Source: Octopus bimaculoides (Eukaryota). From it: a stretch of 64,000 bases of DNA. The notes below the pieces were generated by a model, which saw only the letters and a list, made by a program, of their open reading frames with translations, was not told the DNA's origin and did not search any database. Shown here one piece after another: positions 1 through 14,400 of the stretch (the first letter of the stretch is position 1; each line of letters starts with the position of its first letter). Position numbers and translations under genes: made by a program. The stretch is from positions 11,978,366-12,042,365 of the forward strand of contig NC_069001.1 of NCBI RefSeq assembly GCF_001194135.2, read 5' to 3'.

Positions 1-143
1 CTTGCAAAGCTGAAGGTTATGTTTTAAATATATTCTTTAACCGTATAGCACAAGCCTTCTGTAGTTTTTTCACTCTATTTTGGCTTTTATACAACCAACC
101 ACGTCCTTTCACGTACCAACTCTCTCACCTATGTATGTATGTA

Positions 144-183
<40 letters not shown>

Positions 184-1202
184 GACGAAATGGCTTTGAG
201 AAGACTAACTGAATTGTTGATCGACCGAATGATTAGTAAGACATTTTATTAGTTGCTTGGTTAAATAGTTAAGCAACTGACAAATAAATAATAGTAAAAG
301 AAGTGTATAAGAATCTGTGTGTGTCTATTATTGGCATAATGAACCCTTCCCAAGATATAAAAAAAAAATATGATTCAATACAAGTAATCACGAGTATCTT
401 GTAAACCAAATGCAAACAGAGAGTCTTCCTTCATAACAATATTTTCCGTTTAAGTCTCATGTACCTGCTTGATTAAGCATTTTCAATAAACAAACACAAA
501 ATCTTTGTATGCATAAAAATCATTTAACTAGACGACCTTCACTTGCAGATATTCAGATTTCTTGTTATAGAATCCTTGAAAGCCAATACAGTAAAAATAT
601 TATTCGGGAGAATAATCCACCGTCACTCTGCACTTAATCTTTGCATTTATCGCTTGCACTAAGACACCGTTTGGTTTAGAGTCTAATGCGGCTTTACAGA
701 AAAACTTGTCGTACTAAAGTCTTTAACAAATTCTTCGTTTTCAGTCGTATCCAGTCTTTGCCTTTCTGATTTGTTTTTTCTTTCTCCGCATTATTGGAAT
801 TTATGGAATTTCTTTCCAATCAGTTTCTTTTCCAGTCGACTGATTTCCTTATTTTGGAAAGTAGGTTATTCAACCACAAATATATATATTTTTTTCTATT
901 TTATTTTTATAACATTATTTGATTTATTCTGTTTTTTTTTATCGTTGTTTATGTTTTCTTTAATTTTTGGGCAATATTATAACATACATTTTTCTGTTCA
1001 ATGTGTAGAGTGCATATAGATAATACACAACACCAGATTTTTTCCTGCCATAACTGAATGGACTATATTTATACTGTATATATATATATGTGTGTGTGTG
1101 TGTATCTGTATGTGTGTGCATGTGTATATATGTGTATGTGTGCATCAATAGATAGATACGAGTGTGTATGTAGTATCTATATTATGTATATGTGTGTGCA
1201 TA

Positions 1203-1570
1203 TATTGGATCATCCCATAAATAATGCGTTTTTTTTTCAATACTTATTTTATTTTTCAAAATTAAGATAAACAAAGTTCTTTGTTAATCTGAAATATAGT
1301 CTCCTTCATTTTCTACAATGCTCTTCCATCTAACTGGTAGACTTACGAGGTCCCTCTTCCAACATTCACTTGTCCGTGAGGAAAACTACTCCTCCACTAC
1401 TGTTCTGATCTCGTCTGCAGAATTCCTACTTTATCCGTCCAAATGATTTTGAAGACTACAGAATTAATGTTAATCAATGGAGCAATGTCCGGCGAATGTG
1501 GAGACCGTGGGTGTCGTTTCGCATTCAAACTGCTCCAGCCTTGTCGAGCCCTATAAATCTTCAAGGACTA
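1203..1570 (-). mobile_element. Mariner transposon remnant (transposase C-terminus plus one TIR-like end)
   Basis: Minus strand, with frameshifts and stops, reads RLEQFE.ET..HP..SPDIAP..D.H.F.SLQNHLDG...SADEIRTVVEE*FSSRTSECWKRDLVSLPVRWKSIVENEGDYISD* (stop at 1284-1286). This matches the mariner YSPDLAPSD / WQKCV..NGDY C-terminus. TA followed by TTGGATCATCCCATAAATAATGCG at 1203-1228 resembles a mariner TIR. Confidence 0.85.
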
Positions 1571-2168
1571 GGTTCGTCTTCTAGGCTGTAGTTTCTCGTC
1601 CGATACCCATATACTGCATCGATTTTTCTCGCGCGTTCCGTTTCAGTTTCACGTTGGCAATCCATATAATTAATATTTTGGATGGAAACTAACAGATGCT
1701 GCGTTTCACTCAATTTATATGTTGATATTTCATGAGGTGAAGAACGTAAAATGTTTCTATCTGCTCATCACACACTAAAGCAAACGATCTAGAATGCATT
1801 TTATTCTAAGCTTCCCTTCGCTATTAAATACGTACAGTATAATTAGTGGACATTCTGGCGGTTATTCACCCTAGACCCAATGATTTGCTGTTGGTTCTGT
1901 CCTTAGCGACAATGACTGTCTGTATGCGCATTGTGCTTTTGTGCTTCTGTGTGCTCCCCACCTCTAGCATTGTGTATAAACCTCCCACTCATATTTTTCC
2001 CTACTCCTCTTAATTTAGATGAAACCATTAACTTGTGAATTTGATCTCATATACATCAAACCAATGTTAGTTTATGGTTATAATAAATCCATCATATGTA
2101 TATATGTATGTATATGTGTATATGTACACACACATATTCATATACATGTGTTTGCACCTATATGTAAC

Positions 2169-2215
<47 letters not shown>

Positions 2216-3996
2216 ATATATATATATATATATATATANNNNNNNNNNNNNNNNNNNNNNNNNNNNNNNNNNNNNNNNNNNNNNNNNNNNNNNNNNNNNN
2301 NNNNNNNNNNNNNNNNNNNNNNNNNNNNNNNNNNNNNNNNNNNNNNNNNNNNNNNNNNNNNNNNNNNNNNNNNNNNNNNNNNNNNNNNNNNNNNNNNNNN
2401 NNNNNNNNNNNNNNNNNNNNNNNNNNNNNNNNNNNNNNNNNNNNNNNNNNNNNNNNNNNNNNNNNNNNNNNNNNNNNNNNNNNNNNNNNNNNNNNNNNNN
2501 NNNNNNNNNNNNNNNNNNNNNNNNNNNNNNNNNNNNNNNNNNNNNNNNNNNNNNNNNNNNNNNNNNNNNNNNNNNNNNNNNNNNTATATATATATATATG
2601 CATACATATTTACATATGCATAAGTATATACTTACACATTCAAACACTCATACACTCACACACAGTTACATAGGAAATTTGTGTTTTTGTGTGTGCGTGT
2701 ATATATGTATGTATTCTAATGCGTATAGTCTAGAGCGTAGAATCTATGTGTACGTTTCTGTGCTGTTTTTGGTTGTCTGCAAGTATATTTCCGTGTATTT
2801 CAAACGACAGACGGCGATAATACGTGCTAGAGCAATAGTTCACTCTCTAAGTGGCATTTATAACCGGAAATGGGTTGGTATTAAGCAACGGATATTTCAG
2901 CTGCCGTGTGCTATATTTAATCGAATCCAAACCATGAGAACGACAAATAAATATACAAAATGATAAATAACTAAATAAATTATAAAACATACACGTATAA
3001 TATTATTGAAAGAAAACCATGAAAAATGAAAGTAATGTGATAGTTTGGGGTCATTCTACAATATTTTTGGTCATTGTAGTTGAAAATAATTTTCTCGCGA
3101 ATTCTGGTAATTAGTTTTGCGATTTCGTCTTCGTCTCACCTTAGATTTAGATTTCCTCATTTCTTTTTATTTTTTGGCATTTTTCGTTTTGTCTGTTACA
3201 CACAAACACACACACACACAGACATACGTACCCCCACACACACGCACACACAAAGACAATCACATACACATACATATGTATATATATGGTCGCAGACATC
3301 TGAACAATAGACATCCATTTCATATACAAGTGTATATATATATATATATATATATNNNNNNNNNNNNNNNNNNNNNNNNNNNNNNNNNNNNNNNNNNNNN
3401 NNNNNNNNNNNNNNNNNNNNNNNNNNNNNNNNNNNNNNNNNNNNNNNNNNNNNNNNNNNNNNNNNNNNNNNNNNNNNNNNNNNNNNNNNNNNNNNNNNNN
3501 NNNNNNNNNNNNNNNNNNNNNNNNNNNNNNNNNNNNNNNNNNNNNNNNNNNNNNNNNNNNNNNNNNNNNNNNNNNNNNNNNNNNNNNNNNNNNNNNNNNN
3601 NNNNNNNNNNNNNNNNNNNNNNNNNNNNNNNNNNNNNNNNNNNNNNNNNNNNNNNNNNNNNNNNNNNNNNNNNNNNNNNNNNNNNNNNNNNNNNNNNNNN
3701 NNNNNNNNNNNNNNNNNNNNNNNNNNNNNNNNNNNNNNNNNNNNNNNNNNNNNNNNNNNNNNNNNNNNNNNNNNNNNNNNNNNNNNNNNNNNNNNNNNNN
3801 NNNNNNNNNNNNNNNNNNNNNNNNNNNNNNNNNNNNNNNNNNNNNNNNNNNNNNNNNNNNNNNNNNNNNNNNNNNNNNNNNNNNNNNNNNNNNNNNNNNN
3901 NNNNNNNNNNNNNNNNNNNNNNNNNNNNNNNNNNNNNNNNNNNNNNNNNNNNNNNNNNNNNNNNNNNNNNNNNNNNNNNNNNNNNNNNNNNNNNNN

Positions 3997-4087
<91 letters not shown>

Positions 4088-4804
4088 CAGATATGCATAT
4101 TCATATATACATGTATATATAATCTGAGGTGTCTATTTACTTCTGCTAAATGCTAACGTTCTTTTTCTTTCCGCTGTGTACTTATTCCATATGAAGATGT
4201 TGGAGGCGGAGATGATTATAGGATGCCTTCTTCGTGTTAAATTGCCCTTCGAGAGATTGTTAAATTGCAACGTATATTCTACTCAGATAGTCATCAGCAT
4301 GAAAATTATATTTATAAAATTATCAGGAGACCGGTCCGCTTGGCAAAGTCTACTGAGCGACGGTTGTCGATCGTGAGACCTATATAATTATAAGAGACGA
4401 GTGATGGCAGTAACTACGCAACGTTAATATTCGTGTGAATGTCTTGGACACGTTGTGTATATTTAGAACTGGTAATCACATAGTGTGGAGGCTCAAGCCT
4501 GGCTTAAAATCTTTGGGTAGCTGGTAGTTGGTGCCGAGATTCTTACAAACGGTGTCTATTTCGATAAGCGTAAAAGCTAGAAAACTTGGTCTTGAAAAGA
4601 TAGACAGCCAGTGTATAGCTGATGACTAGAAATGAATTATAGCATGAAAAGAGACACTGCGTGTCTGGAGATGTTAAGTGGATAAATATTTACTGTGTGT
4701 ACAAGATTAGCGGATAAAATGATGCAAGTCTGAAGATGTGAAACGGTTATTTTAGGTTGTCTGATAAATTTGTTCGTCGTCTATTTTCCTCTTTTGTTTT
4801 CTAC

Positions 4805-4938
4805 CTAGCTTAGCAACCACATGGTTCCGGGTTCAGTCCCACTGCGTGGCATCTTGGGTAAGTGTCTTCTACTATAGCCTCGGGCCGACAAAAGCCTTGT
4901 GAGTGGATTTGGTAGACAGAAACTGAAAGAAGCTCCTC

Positions 4939-4994
<56 letters not shown>

Positions 4995-5200
4995 GTTTGT
5001 GTGTGTATGTGTTTGTGTGTCTGTGTTTGTCCCCCCCCAACATCGCTTGACAAGCGATGCTGGTGTGTTTACGTCCCCGTTACTTAGCGGTTCTGCAAAA
5101 GAGACCGATACAACAAGTCCTAGGGTCGACTTGCTCGACTAAAGGCGGTGATCCAGCTTGGCCACAGTCAAAAGACTGAAACAAGTAAAAGAGTAAAAGA
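4805..5200 (+). mobile_element. tRNA-derived SINE (family A) with internal (TA)n/(TG)n tract
   Basis: B-box-like GGTTCAGTCCC, CORE-like TTGGGTAAGTGTCTTCTACTATAGCC, internal dinucleotide tract and a (GTAAAAGA)-type tail. The 3' part recurs at 11345-11480 (-) and 33850-34017 (+); the 5' part recurs at 44100-44183 (-). Confidence 0.85.
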
Positions 5201-5407
5201 GAAGCACTTCATCATCATATGTCTGAAAAGAGATAAATTTTATTGAAATGAAAAAAAAACAAAAAAAAAACGATAAACGAAATTTCTAGTGGAGAAATGG
5301 TGGAAGACAACCACAAAACACTACGTAAAAAATATTTTTCGTGTTAATTCAGATATCATTAAAAATGATTAACTCATAATCATTTTCAATATTAATCATT
5401 AACTAAG

Positions 5408-5535
5408 ACGTTGGCAGAATCATTAGCACTTCAGGCAAAACGATTAACGGCATTTCATCCGTCTACATGGTATCAGTTAAAATTCTGCCGCGGTCGGTTT
5501 TGCTTTTCATCCTTTCGCAGTACCTGTTGAACACC
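5408..5535 (+). mobile_element. SINE family B, degenerate copy
   Basis: TTGGCAGAATCATTAGC...AAATTCTGCCGCGGTCGGTTTTGCTTTTCATCCTTTCG matches the copies at 14.2, 24.2, 55.6 and 61.0 kb. Confidence 0.75.
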
Positions 5536-6139
5536 ACCACCCCATCGAAATTACTGGCTTTCCGTCAAAATTTGAAACTAATGTTAATCATTAACATAAA
5601 TGAGAAAAAAATAATGCAAAAACACAAAAAAAAAAACAAGCTAATTCATCTGACAACTGAGTATAAATAGACGTGTTTATGGCGTTGGATTACAAATCGT
5701 AAGATCCACGAGGAAGTTACTTGCAAAACGGGACGCGTATTACGATCGAACCAGGAATCATGTGATTGCATCACGGATATCTTAACGGCACTCGCGTATC
5801 TCCTGAAAACTTTCAAATAATTGAAATACTTTGCGTTGTGGTTGCGGTTGGGGTTGGTGTATACACATACTTAGTTCACTTGCAACTTTCGAGCACTCTT
5901 CGTTGTTTACATCATATGCTAACTTTACACATAAAATATAATGGTAAAATGAGAAAAAAAAAGGTACAAACAAAAACAGTACAACAACAAATTAACAACA
6001 ACAAGTTAACAAGACAGGATAATTTCATAATAATAAATTGCTGTATTTCTAAAAACGTTCTGTCGAGTTCGTTATTGCATGCATATACCAGGATACAATA
6101 CATTTACTTCAGCAACCAAATGCACTTAAAATCCGACGA

Positions 6140-6209
<70 letters not shown>

Positions 6210-6220
6210 ATTATTATTAC
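6140..6220. repeat. (ATT)n-(GTT)n-(ATT)n compound microsatellite
   Basis: Read directly from the sequence. Confidence 0.95.
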
Positions 6221-6824
6221 TATTTGCCTTCAGACAATAGTGACAATTAAAACGCATTCAATTTAGTTCAATCACTGCATTATATGAATCTGCAACGGCA
6301 GCTATGCTATGCATTACATGTTGTTAGTTGCATGACAACAATTCTTTTTCTCTGAGTACATATAACGTTTTGTTAAAAATTAAAAATTTCCTCCTATTAT
6401 ATGTTTTTATTTCTGAGGGATTTTAATTGCATACACAGCGCATTTAGTGTGACCAAGTAAACAGCTGTTGCAATTTTGAATGACAGATGTAATTGTTTAA
6501 AGCGACTTAAAGCGCATCTTTCAAAACAAGCAGTTATGCACATTCTTCTGTCATCTCCACTTTACTCTCTCAATATATATTCATTCACTCTCAACCCCGC
6601 ATCCTGAGCTTCCATTCTATTCGTGTTGTGGCTAACAGCAGGAATTCATCAAATTGAAATTTTCCAAATCTTTTAATAACTTTAAAATCTAATATAGTTT
6701 TACTTCTTGTGACAGCCAGCATTCATAATTGTCTTCGTTTATTATCTCTGATGATCTGATATCTCCTAGGTTTCGGATTGCAGCACGTATGTATGTAAGG
6801 AGAGTGTCTATCTATCTCTCCACG

Positions 6825-6879
<55 letters not shown>

Positions 6880-7266
6880 ACATACTTATATATATATATA
6901 TATANNNNNNNNNNNNNNNNNNNNNNNNNNNNNNNNNNNNNNNNNNNNNNNNNNNNNNNNNNNNNNNNNNNNNNNNNNNNNNNNNNNNNNNNNNNNNNNN
7001 NNNNNNNNNNNNNNNNNNNNNNNNNNNNNNNNNNNNNNNNNNNNNNNNNNNNNNNNNNNNNNNNNNNNNNNNNNNNNNNNNNNNNNNNNNNNNNNNTATC
7101 TATCGTTTTATCTTTCTATGTATTTATCTGTTTGTCTACTTCTCTAACTACCTATCTACTACGAGTACGCATCAATCCATCGATCGATCTGTTGATCTAT
7201 CTACTTCTTTATACAACCGTCTATGTATATGTGTCTGTCACAAACATGCATACACACACACACACA

Positions 7267-7316
<50 letters not shown>

Positions 7317-7332
7317 GATGTTATGTTTTAGT

Positions 7333-7510
7333 GATGAAGGGGTTGATTTCATGGATTGGCCACCTGAGAGTCCCTATCTCGACCCTATGGAAAGCATTTG
7401 GAAGATTATTGTAGATGAAACGCGAAGGAGAAATCCAAAGAACTAAGATGAAATCTGGGAATTTTTGAGAAACGAATGAAACAATAATACTCCATCATTT
7501 TGCAAGAAAT
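7333..7510 (+). pseudogene. Tc1-family transposase C-terminal remnant
   Basis: DEGVDFMDWPPESPYLDPMESIWKIIVDETRRRNPKN*DEIWEFLRNE* matches the Tc1 WPPQSPDLNPIENLW motif and contains in-frame stops. Confidence 0.85.
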
Positions 7511-7604
7511 GAATTCAGATAGATAGATAAATAGATAGATATATAGATAGAATGATAGATAGATAGATAAATACATACATACATACATAGATATACATAG
7601 ATAA

Positions 7605-7636
<32 letters not shown>

Positions 7637-7666
7637 AATATAAGTATATATACATATAAAATATAA

Positions 7667-7738
<72 letters not shown>

Positions 7739-8164
7739 CTTATATAATATATAAGTATAATATATAGATATGTATATATTATTTATGCTGGGGCGTATTT
7801 GCATAGCTACACACGTACGTATATACATACGTTCTTTCTCAAATGATGCGAATTTTACCTAGTTGAAAATACCATGCATTTGCTAATAAATTCATGTTCC
7901 TAAATATTTGCATACAAACACAAACATCCTCTCGGTTACCCCATGACCCATTATAACGTCACGTTGACACTGCATAAGAGCTGGAATGTGAGCGCTGATG
8001 TAAAATGGCATGTTCCCAGCTTAGTTCTACTACTTAGCTAAAGGGAATGGAATATCTTGAAATAAATTTGCATGTTCAATAATGCAACGTGTCGCCCGTT
8101 TGAGGAATAGAACCTAGGAACGTAAGACCCCTAGACCACGTGTCATCGAAATTAATAGCCAGCG

Positions 8165-8255
8165 AGTATTCCCGAGCGTTATACTAATACATCCATTTGT
8201 TGTTTACACCAACTGTCTTCGTCTGTTCTTTTTTCGTGAATTCTCCCTGTATATA
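8165..8255. mobile_element. Fragment of the dispersed Penelope-type terminal repeat, inverted relative to the 49.6 kb copy
   Basis: Reverse complement GGGAGAATTCACGAAAAAAGAACAGACGAAGACAGTTGGTGTAAACAACAAATGGATGTATTAGTATAACGCTCGGGAATAC aligns with 49626-49710. Confidence 0.7.
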
Positions 8256-9224
8256 TACCCCCTACAAAACACATCCAGATACACTGCACATATAGGAGAG
8301 CGTCAGTATGTTATCACTTTGTCACATTTTCTACTACTCTAGCCGTTTCTTTCTCTCAAAAGATACCATCGTCGTTTAGGACACTGTCAACATCTAAGTC
8401 AACATTCATCGCAGAGTTTGATATATGTATGTGTGTATATACATACATACATAAATACATATGCACACATGTATATATGTATATATGCCTATATATATAT
8501 GCCCATATATATATATATGGGCATAAACATATGCGTGTATGTATATAAATGCAAGTTTGCGTGTTTGTTTCTGTGTATGTGTGAGTATGAGTTTGTGTAT
8601 GTGTGTGAGTTTATATATGTATATATATATATATAGATAGATAGATAGATAGATATAGATATAGATACAGATATATAAATATAAATATAAATATATATAT
8701 AGATATATATATGTACATATATATATGTATATTTGTATATTTATATCGCTCAGGCTTAAATGACACGGCCATTAACAGAAGCTAGAGATTTCTTCGTTAT
8801 GCTCTTGCTTGAAATTGCGTACATAGGTTGTTGATATATTATAAAAGTCATCCTGCAAAATGTTTGTTTTGTGTTTCTGTTTGTGTAACGAACAGAGAAT
8901 ACGATATTACGCACAAATTGGATTGTTTTGAATCGCCTGCACCCAATGCAATCTTCTGAGAACACAAAACTGTTATTATAGCTATATGTCCGCGTAAGAA
9001 CATTTATGCAAGCAATTTGTTTTTGTTTTTCCTACCTCTCTCCTATAATCATCATTAGGTTCACACTTAGCGAGCTTAACGATTGCGTACAAATATCACG
9101 ACCGTTTGTGAGTATGTATGTGTATATATGTGTATGTGTGGATGTGTAAGTAGGTGCGTGTCCACGCGTGTGAATGTGCATGGGTTTCTGTACTTGTATG
9201 TGCCCATACAGGTGCGGAAGTGTG

Positions 9225-9264
<40 letters not shown>

Positions 9265-9748
9265 NNNNNNNNNNNNNNNNNNNNNNNNNNNNNNNNNNNN
9301 NNNNNNNNNNNNNNNNNNNNNNNNNNNNNNNNNNNNNNNNNNNNNNNNNNNNNNNNNNNNNNNNNNNNNNNNNNNNNNNNNNNNNNNNNNNNNNNNNNNN
9401 NNNNNNNNNNNNNNNNNNNNNNNNNNNNNNNNNNNNNNNNNNNNNNNNNNNNNNNNNNNNNNNNNNNNNNNNNNNNNNNNNNNNNNNNNNNNNNNNNNNN
9501 NNNNNNNNNNNNNNNNNNNNNNNNNNNNNNNNNNNNNNNNNNNNNNNNNNNNNNNNNNNNNNNNNNNNNNNNNNNNNNNNNNNNNNNNNNNNNNNNNNNN
9601 NNNNNNNNNNNNNNNNNNNNNNNNNNNNNNNNNNNNNNNNNNNNNNNNNNNNNNNNNNNNNNNNNNNNNNNNNNNNNNNNNNNNNNNNNNNNNNNNNNNN
9701 NNNNNNNNNNNNNNNNNNNNNNNNNNNNNNNNNNNNNNNNNNNNNNNN

Positions 9749-9809
<61 letters not shown>

Positions 9810-10169
9810 TTGTGGATGTATTGCTGTGATTGTGTACCTATGTGCCTAGCATGTGTTTGTATATTTACATATGCATCTGTGCCTGTGTATCTATGCACCT
9901 AGCTGTGTATGTATATATATATATACATGAATGCCTTGTTCATATTCACATATTTTGTGTAAATATTTACTACATTTGATGTAATAACACGCAATTATGT
10001 GCTTCGACAATTTAGGATATTGACAGTATTTTCTTTTGCTTTGAAACTCCAATGTTTACAAATACACATCAACAAATATGTTGATGTGTATTCCTGCTAA
10101 TTCTGGAATTCATGAATTTATACATTCGTAAATACACACATGCACACACACACACACACACACGCACAT

Positions 10170-10205
<36 letters not shown>

Positions 10206-11344
10206 CTGTGTGTGTGTGTGTTTGTGTGTTTATATNNNNNNNNNNNNNNNNNNNNNNNNNNNNNNNNNNNNNNNNNNNNNNNNNNNNNNNNNNNNNNNNN
10301 NNNNNNNNNNNNNNNNNNNNNNNNNNNNNNNNNNNNNNNNNNNNNNNNNNNNNNNNNNNNNNNNNNNNNNNNNNNNNNNNNNNNNNNNNNNNNNNNNNNN
10401 NNNNNNNNNNNNNNNNNNNNNNNNNNNNNNNNNNNNNNNNNNNNNNNNNNNNNNNNNNNNNNNNNNNNNNNNNNNNNNNNNNNNNNNNNNNNNNNNNNNN
10501 NNNNNNNNNNNNNNNNNNNNNNNNNNNNNNNNNNNNNNNNNNNNNNNNNNNNNNNNNNNNNNNNNNNNNNNNNNNNNNNNNNNNNNNNNNNNNNNNNNNN
10601 NNNNNNNNNNNNNNNNNNNNNNNNNNNNNNNNNNNNNNNNNNNNNNNNNNNNNNNNNNNNNNNNNNNNNNNNNNNNNNNNNNNNNNNNNNNNNNNNNNNN
10701 NNNNNNNNNNNNNNNNNNNNNNNNNNNNNNNNNNNNNNNNNNNNNNNNNNNNNNNNNNNNNNNNNNNNNNNNNNNNNNNNNNNNNNNNNNNNNNNNNNNN
10801 NNNNNNNNNNNNNNNNNNNNNNNNNNNNNNNNNNNNNNNNNNNNNNNNNNNNNNNNNNNNNNNNNNNNNNNNNNNNNNNNNNNNNNNNNNNNNNNNNNNN
10901 NNNNNNNNNNNNNNNNNNNNNNNNNNNNNNNNNNNNNNNNNNNNNNNNNNNNNNNNNNNNNNNNNNNNNNNNNNNNNNNNNNNNNNNNNNNNNNNNNNNN
11001 NNNNNNNNNNNNNNNNNNNNNNNNNNNNNNNNNNNNNNNNNNNNNNNNNNNNNNNNNNNNNNNNNNNNNNNNNNNNNNNNNNNNNNNNNNNNNNNNNNNN
11101 NNNNNNNNNNNNNNNNNNNNNNNNNNNNNNNNNNNNNNNNNNNNNNNNNNNNNNNNNNNNNNNNNNNNNNNNNNNNNNNNNNNNNNNNNNNNNNNNNNNA
11201 ATCAACGTATATATACACAAATGTATCAATATATTTACATGAGCCCTAAACTTGAATTTGTGTAACGTTTGTACGTTTGTACAGAGGAAGATGTACCTTC
11301 AAAATTGAACAGTATTTTCTACCCTTCAAAATATTCTTTCGTTT

Positions 11345-11480
11345 AGTTGTTTATTTCAGTCATTTCAGTGGTCATGCTGGAGTACCGCCTGTTGTCGAAC
11401 GAATCGATCCCATGACCTTATTCTTTATAAGCCTAGTACCTATTCTATCGGTTGTCCTTTACCGAGCCGCTGAGTCAAGG
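11345..11480 (-). mobile_element. SINE family A, 3' fragment
   Basis: Reverse complement matches the 3' part of the copy at 5070-5185. Confidence 0.7.
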
Positions 11481-11719
11481 GGACGTAGCAGTTACGGATG
11501 TAATTCTCCTCCCTCAAACGAATGATGTTTTTCCAAGCGAAAATGTGCATCAATGTTCAAATTCATCGTATTCACACACACACACACACACAAACGCGCA
11601 CACACACATGCACGCAGAGAGCACGCGTACGTGCATATGAACCTTTACACTCAACTACCTCGAGATATACATCCATGTAGACATATCTACATGGACAGAT
11701 ACATTCCAGCATGCATAAT

Positions 11720-12373
11720 CAAATTCAGATACACGGGTATCACTTTCTCATGCAACATTTCCCCATAAACGTCACTGTTGACAATGATCCCAGCATTAAT
11801 GAAGATTAAAGGAGACTTAGATCCTTCAGATGCATCTGCGGTCCACACCATGAGTGAAGCTGACTTCTGATGGCGTAAATGACCCCTGCTGTCTTCGGGC
11901 AAGGCTCCTGCATTACATGCAAAAACCTGTCATTCTGCCTATTGGTAACTGTTTCCACGGTAAAGATCTTCTCGTCGGACCAGATCAACAATTTGTTAGC
12001 GGCGCACTTCATCTCCGTTAACATGGATTTACACCTGTCAAGCCGTTTCGTCTTGGAAGCTGCTGACATTAACTACCAGTAATGTTTCGTATATGCAATT
12101 TACTTTAAATCTTCTTTAAAAACTTTCTGCATTGACGATTTCGAAATATCAAGAGCTTTTGCAGTTTTCTTGCACTGTTACGGGGATTTCAGTTTATTTG
12201 CTTTTTCACACCTTCAACTGTTTCTTTGGTACGAGGTAATCGTTTCCAACCAGCAATTGACTTGCAAGAGGCAGTAGCGGACTCCATATATCGTTGCCAT
12301 GTATTCGACACCGTTGATCACTCTAGTTGTTTCCAAAAAGATATACTTTAGTCACCTACTGAGTCACCCTGTA
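11720..12373 (-). mobile_element. maT-like (IS630-Tc1-mariner) transposon remnant, 5' half
   Basis: Broken ORFs give an HTH-like region (AKALDISKSSMQKVFKEDLK), then LLIWSDEKIFTVE..NRQNDR, then QKSASLMVW..ASEGSKSPLIFI..G..VNS.VY. The element end reads TA-CAGGGTG on the minus strand (CACCCTGTA at 12365-12373). Confidence 0.85.
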
Positions 12374-14036
12374 TGTAGGATTTTGTGGTAATATTATTAC
12401 GATGCAGAAGAATCTCACAAGCACTATGGAATACAGGATATAGTTATCGTCAGTTTCAATTTACCAATTTGCTCTGAATTTCTTACCGCGTTAATATAAG
12501 AGAAAATGTAATTTTTACAGAAATGTTGTATGTTTGTATGATTGCTATTACGTGGAATGTGCGCCTGAGTATGAATACAATATATATGTATATGTGTGCA
12601 TACATATAAACACATGTGTATGTATATATATATTTTTTCATATATATATACACACATATCTGCATATATGCATGTCCACATACACATATATATACTTATA
12701 TATATGTATGTATAAATTTATTTATGTATATATGTATGTATGTCTGTAAGTATGTATATATGTATGTACGTATGTATGTATAGATGCACACACATATATA
12801 TCGTAAGCCAATATCTGGTTAATGGAGAGCAAGTCTGTTTTGTAAAAAAAAAAAGTTAGAAAATAACATGGAGCGCGGGTTGAGCAATTTGCTTGTTATT
12901 TAAATTATTCTTTCTACAATTTTTGCCAAAGGTTGCCACATGGATTTTCTGTTTTCTTTGCTTTTTTTTTTGTTAGTTTTATTTCATTTTTTTTTATGCT
13001 TAACTCTTTCAATAATCTTCTAAAGAATTTTGACAATAATTTCCATGTCGTTAATTTAGCAAAATTTGGTCGTTTCCTTTTTAAAACAAAGATTACAAAG
13101 GATACACTTTTTGTGACCTTTTATTTGATAATATGACATTAGCTTCCTGCCTTGTGTTGTGCTATTGTTTTTTTTTCTTTCTCTTTTTTTTGTTTTTGAA
13201 TACATATAAATTTATTTGTGTATTCACTTTAAAATATCAGAGCAAAGTGTAAAAGCTAAACATGAAAATCAAAATAAAATACTAATGACCTTTTGATTCT
13301 GGAAAAGATAATGCGTTTTTTTTGTTTTTTTTTTTGTGTGTATGGCTCCTGCAGTGGTTAGTGGACATATCTCTTCTAGATTGTCAATTAGTTTGATATT
13401 TTCACATTGTTGGGTTTTTTCTTTGCATGTTGCATTAGTTAATAAATAGCCAATAGGGGGATAGTGCATAGATATATCATCTCATTAACGTGTGTTCAAA
13501 TACCCAGCAGGTGTTAAACTGAGATTTACATACGTTATCGCAATAATCGTAATTCGAGTCACGGGTTAAATTCTTCGTTGTGAATATATTACAAATATAT
13601 GGTCTTTGAATTTGGTTTATGAGATGAGATTCTTAATGGGAATTCGTGTAATGAAACATATTTTGCTGTAACTGGGGAGGGTCATTATTATATGACAGTA
13701 ATAAACACACGCACTGATACTATTACACTTAATTTTTTTTTCTGTTTTTCATCTGCTTAATTGGTCAGTTGGGTAACCACTAAAACAATTAACTAGTTGC
13801 TTCATTGATTAACTATTCGGTCTATCAGTTAGCATGGTTTACCAGTATCCTTCCGTCACCATTTATAACCTCATCAATGATCTGCCCTCTCTTCTCCATG
13901 TGTGACCATTCGTCGGCATTTGCAATCTCATCAATGGAATGCCATTCCTAATCCAGGTTTGACGAATAGACTCTTTAAGTAACACGAGGATCTACGACAA
14001 CCTGTTACTGAATAAATCCAAAGACACACATGCACA

Positions 14037-14077
<41 letters not shown>

Positions 14078-14187
14078 GCACACACTCATGCACACATACA
14101 CACACTTGTATATATTCGAGGCAGAGGAGGAGAAGAGTTGGAGAGTTCTGTCAGCTTGAAACTCCTGTTAATTTCGTAGGATCTCAA

Positions 14188-14400
14188 TGCTTCGAGCTGA
14201 CAAGAACGTTACCACGTCGGGCGAAATGCGTAGCGCTATTTCGCCTATCTTTATGTTCTGAGTTCTAATTCCGCCGAGGTCGACTTTTACCATTCATCCT
14301 TTTGGGGTCGATAAATTAAGTACCAGTTGCGCACTGGGGCCACTCTTTATCGACTGGCCCCTTCCCCCAAACCATCGGGCCTTGTGCCTAGAGTAGAAAA
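14188..14400 (+). mobile_element. SINE family B, near full length
   Basis: GAGTTCTAATTCC B-box-like head and central GAGGTCGACTTTTACCATTCATCCTTTTGGGGTCGATAAATTAAGTACCAG. The central domain resembles the Meta/MESC-type SINE domain as I recall it (unverified). Confidence 0.85.

Noticed and set aside
4150-4800. G-richer unique stretch that might be a decayed L1/Tx1 ORF2
   Set aside because: Only a faint AWQ-type echo; stops in all frames and no diagnostic motif I can support.
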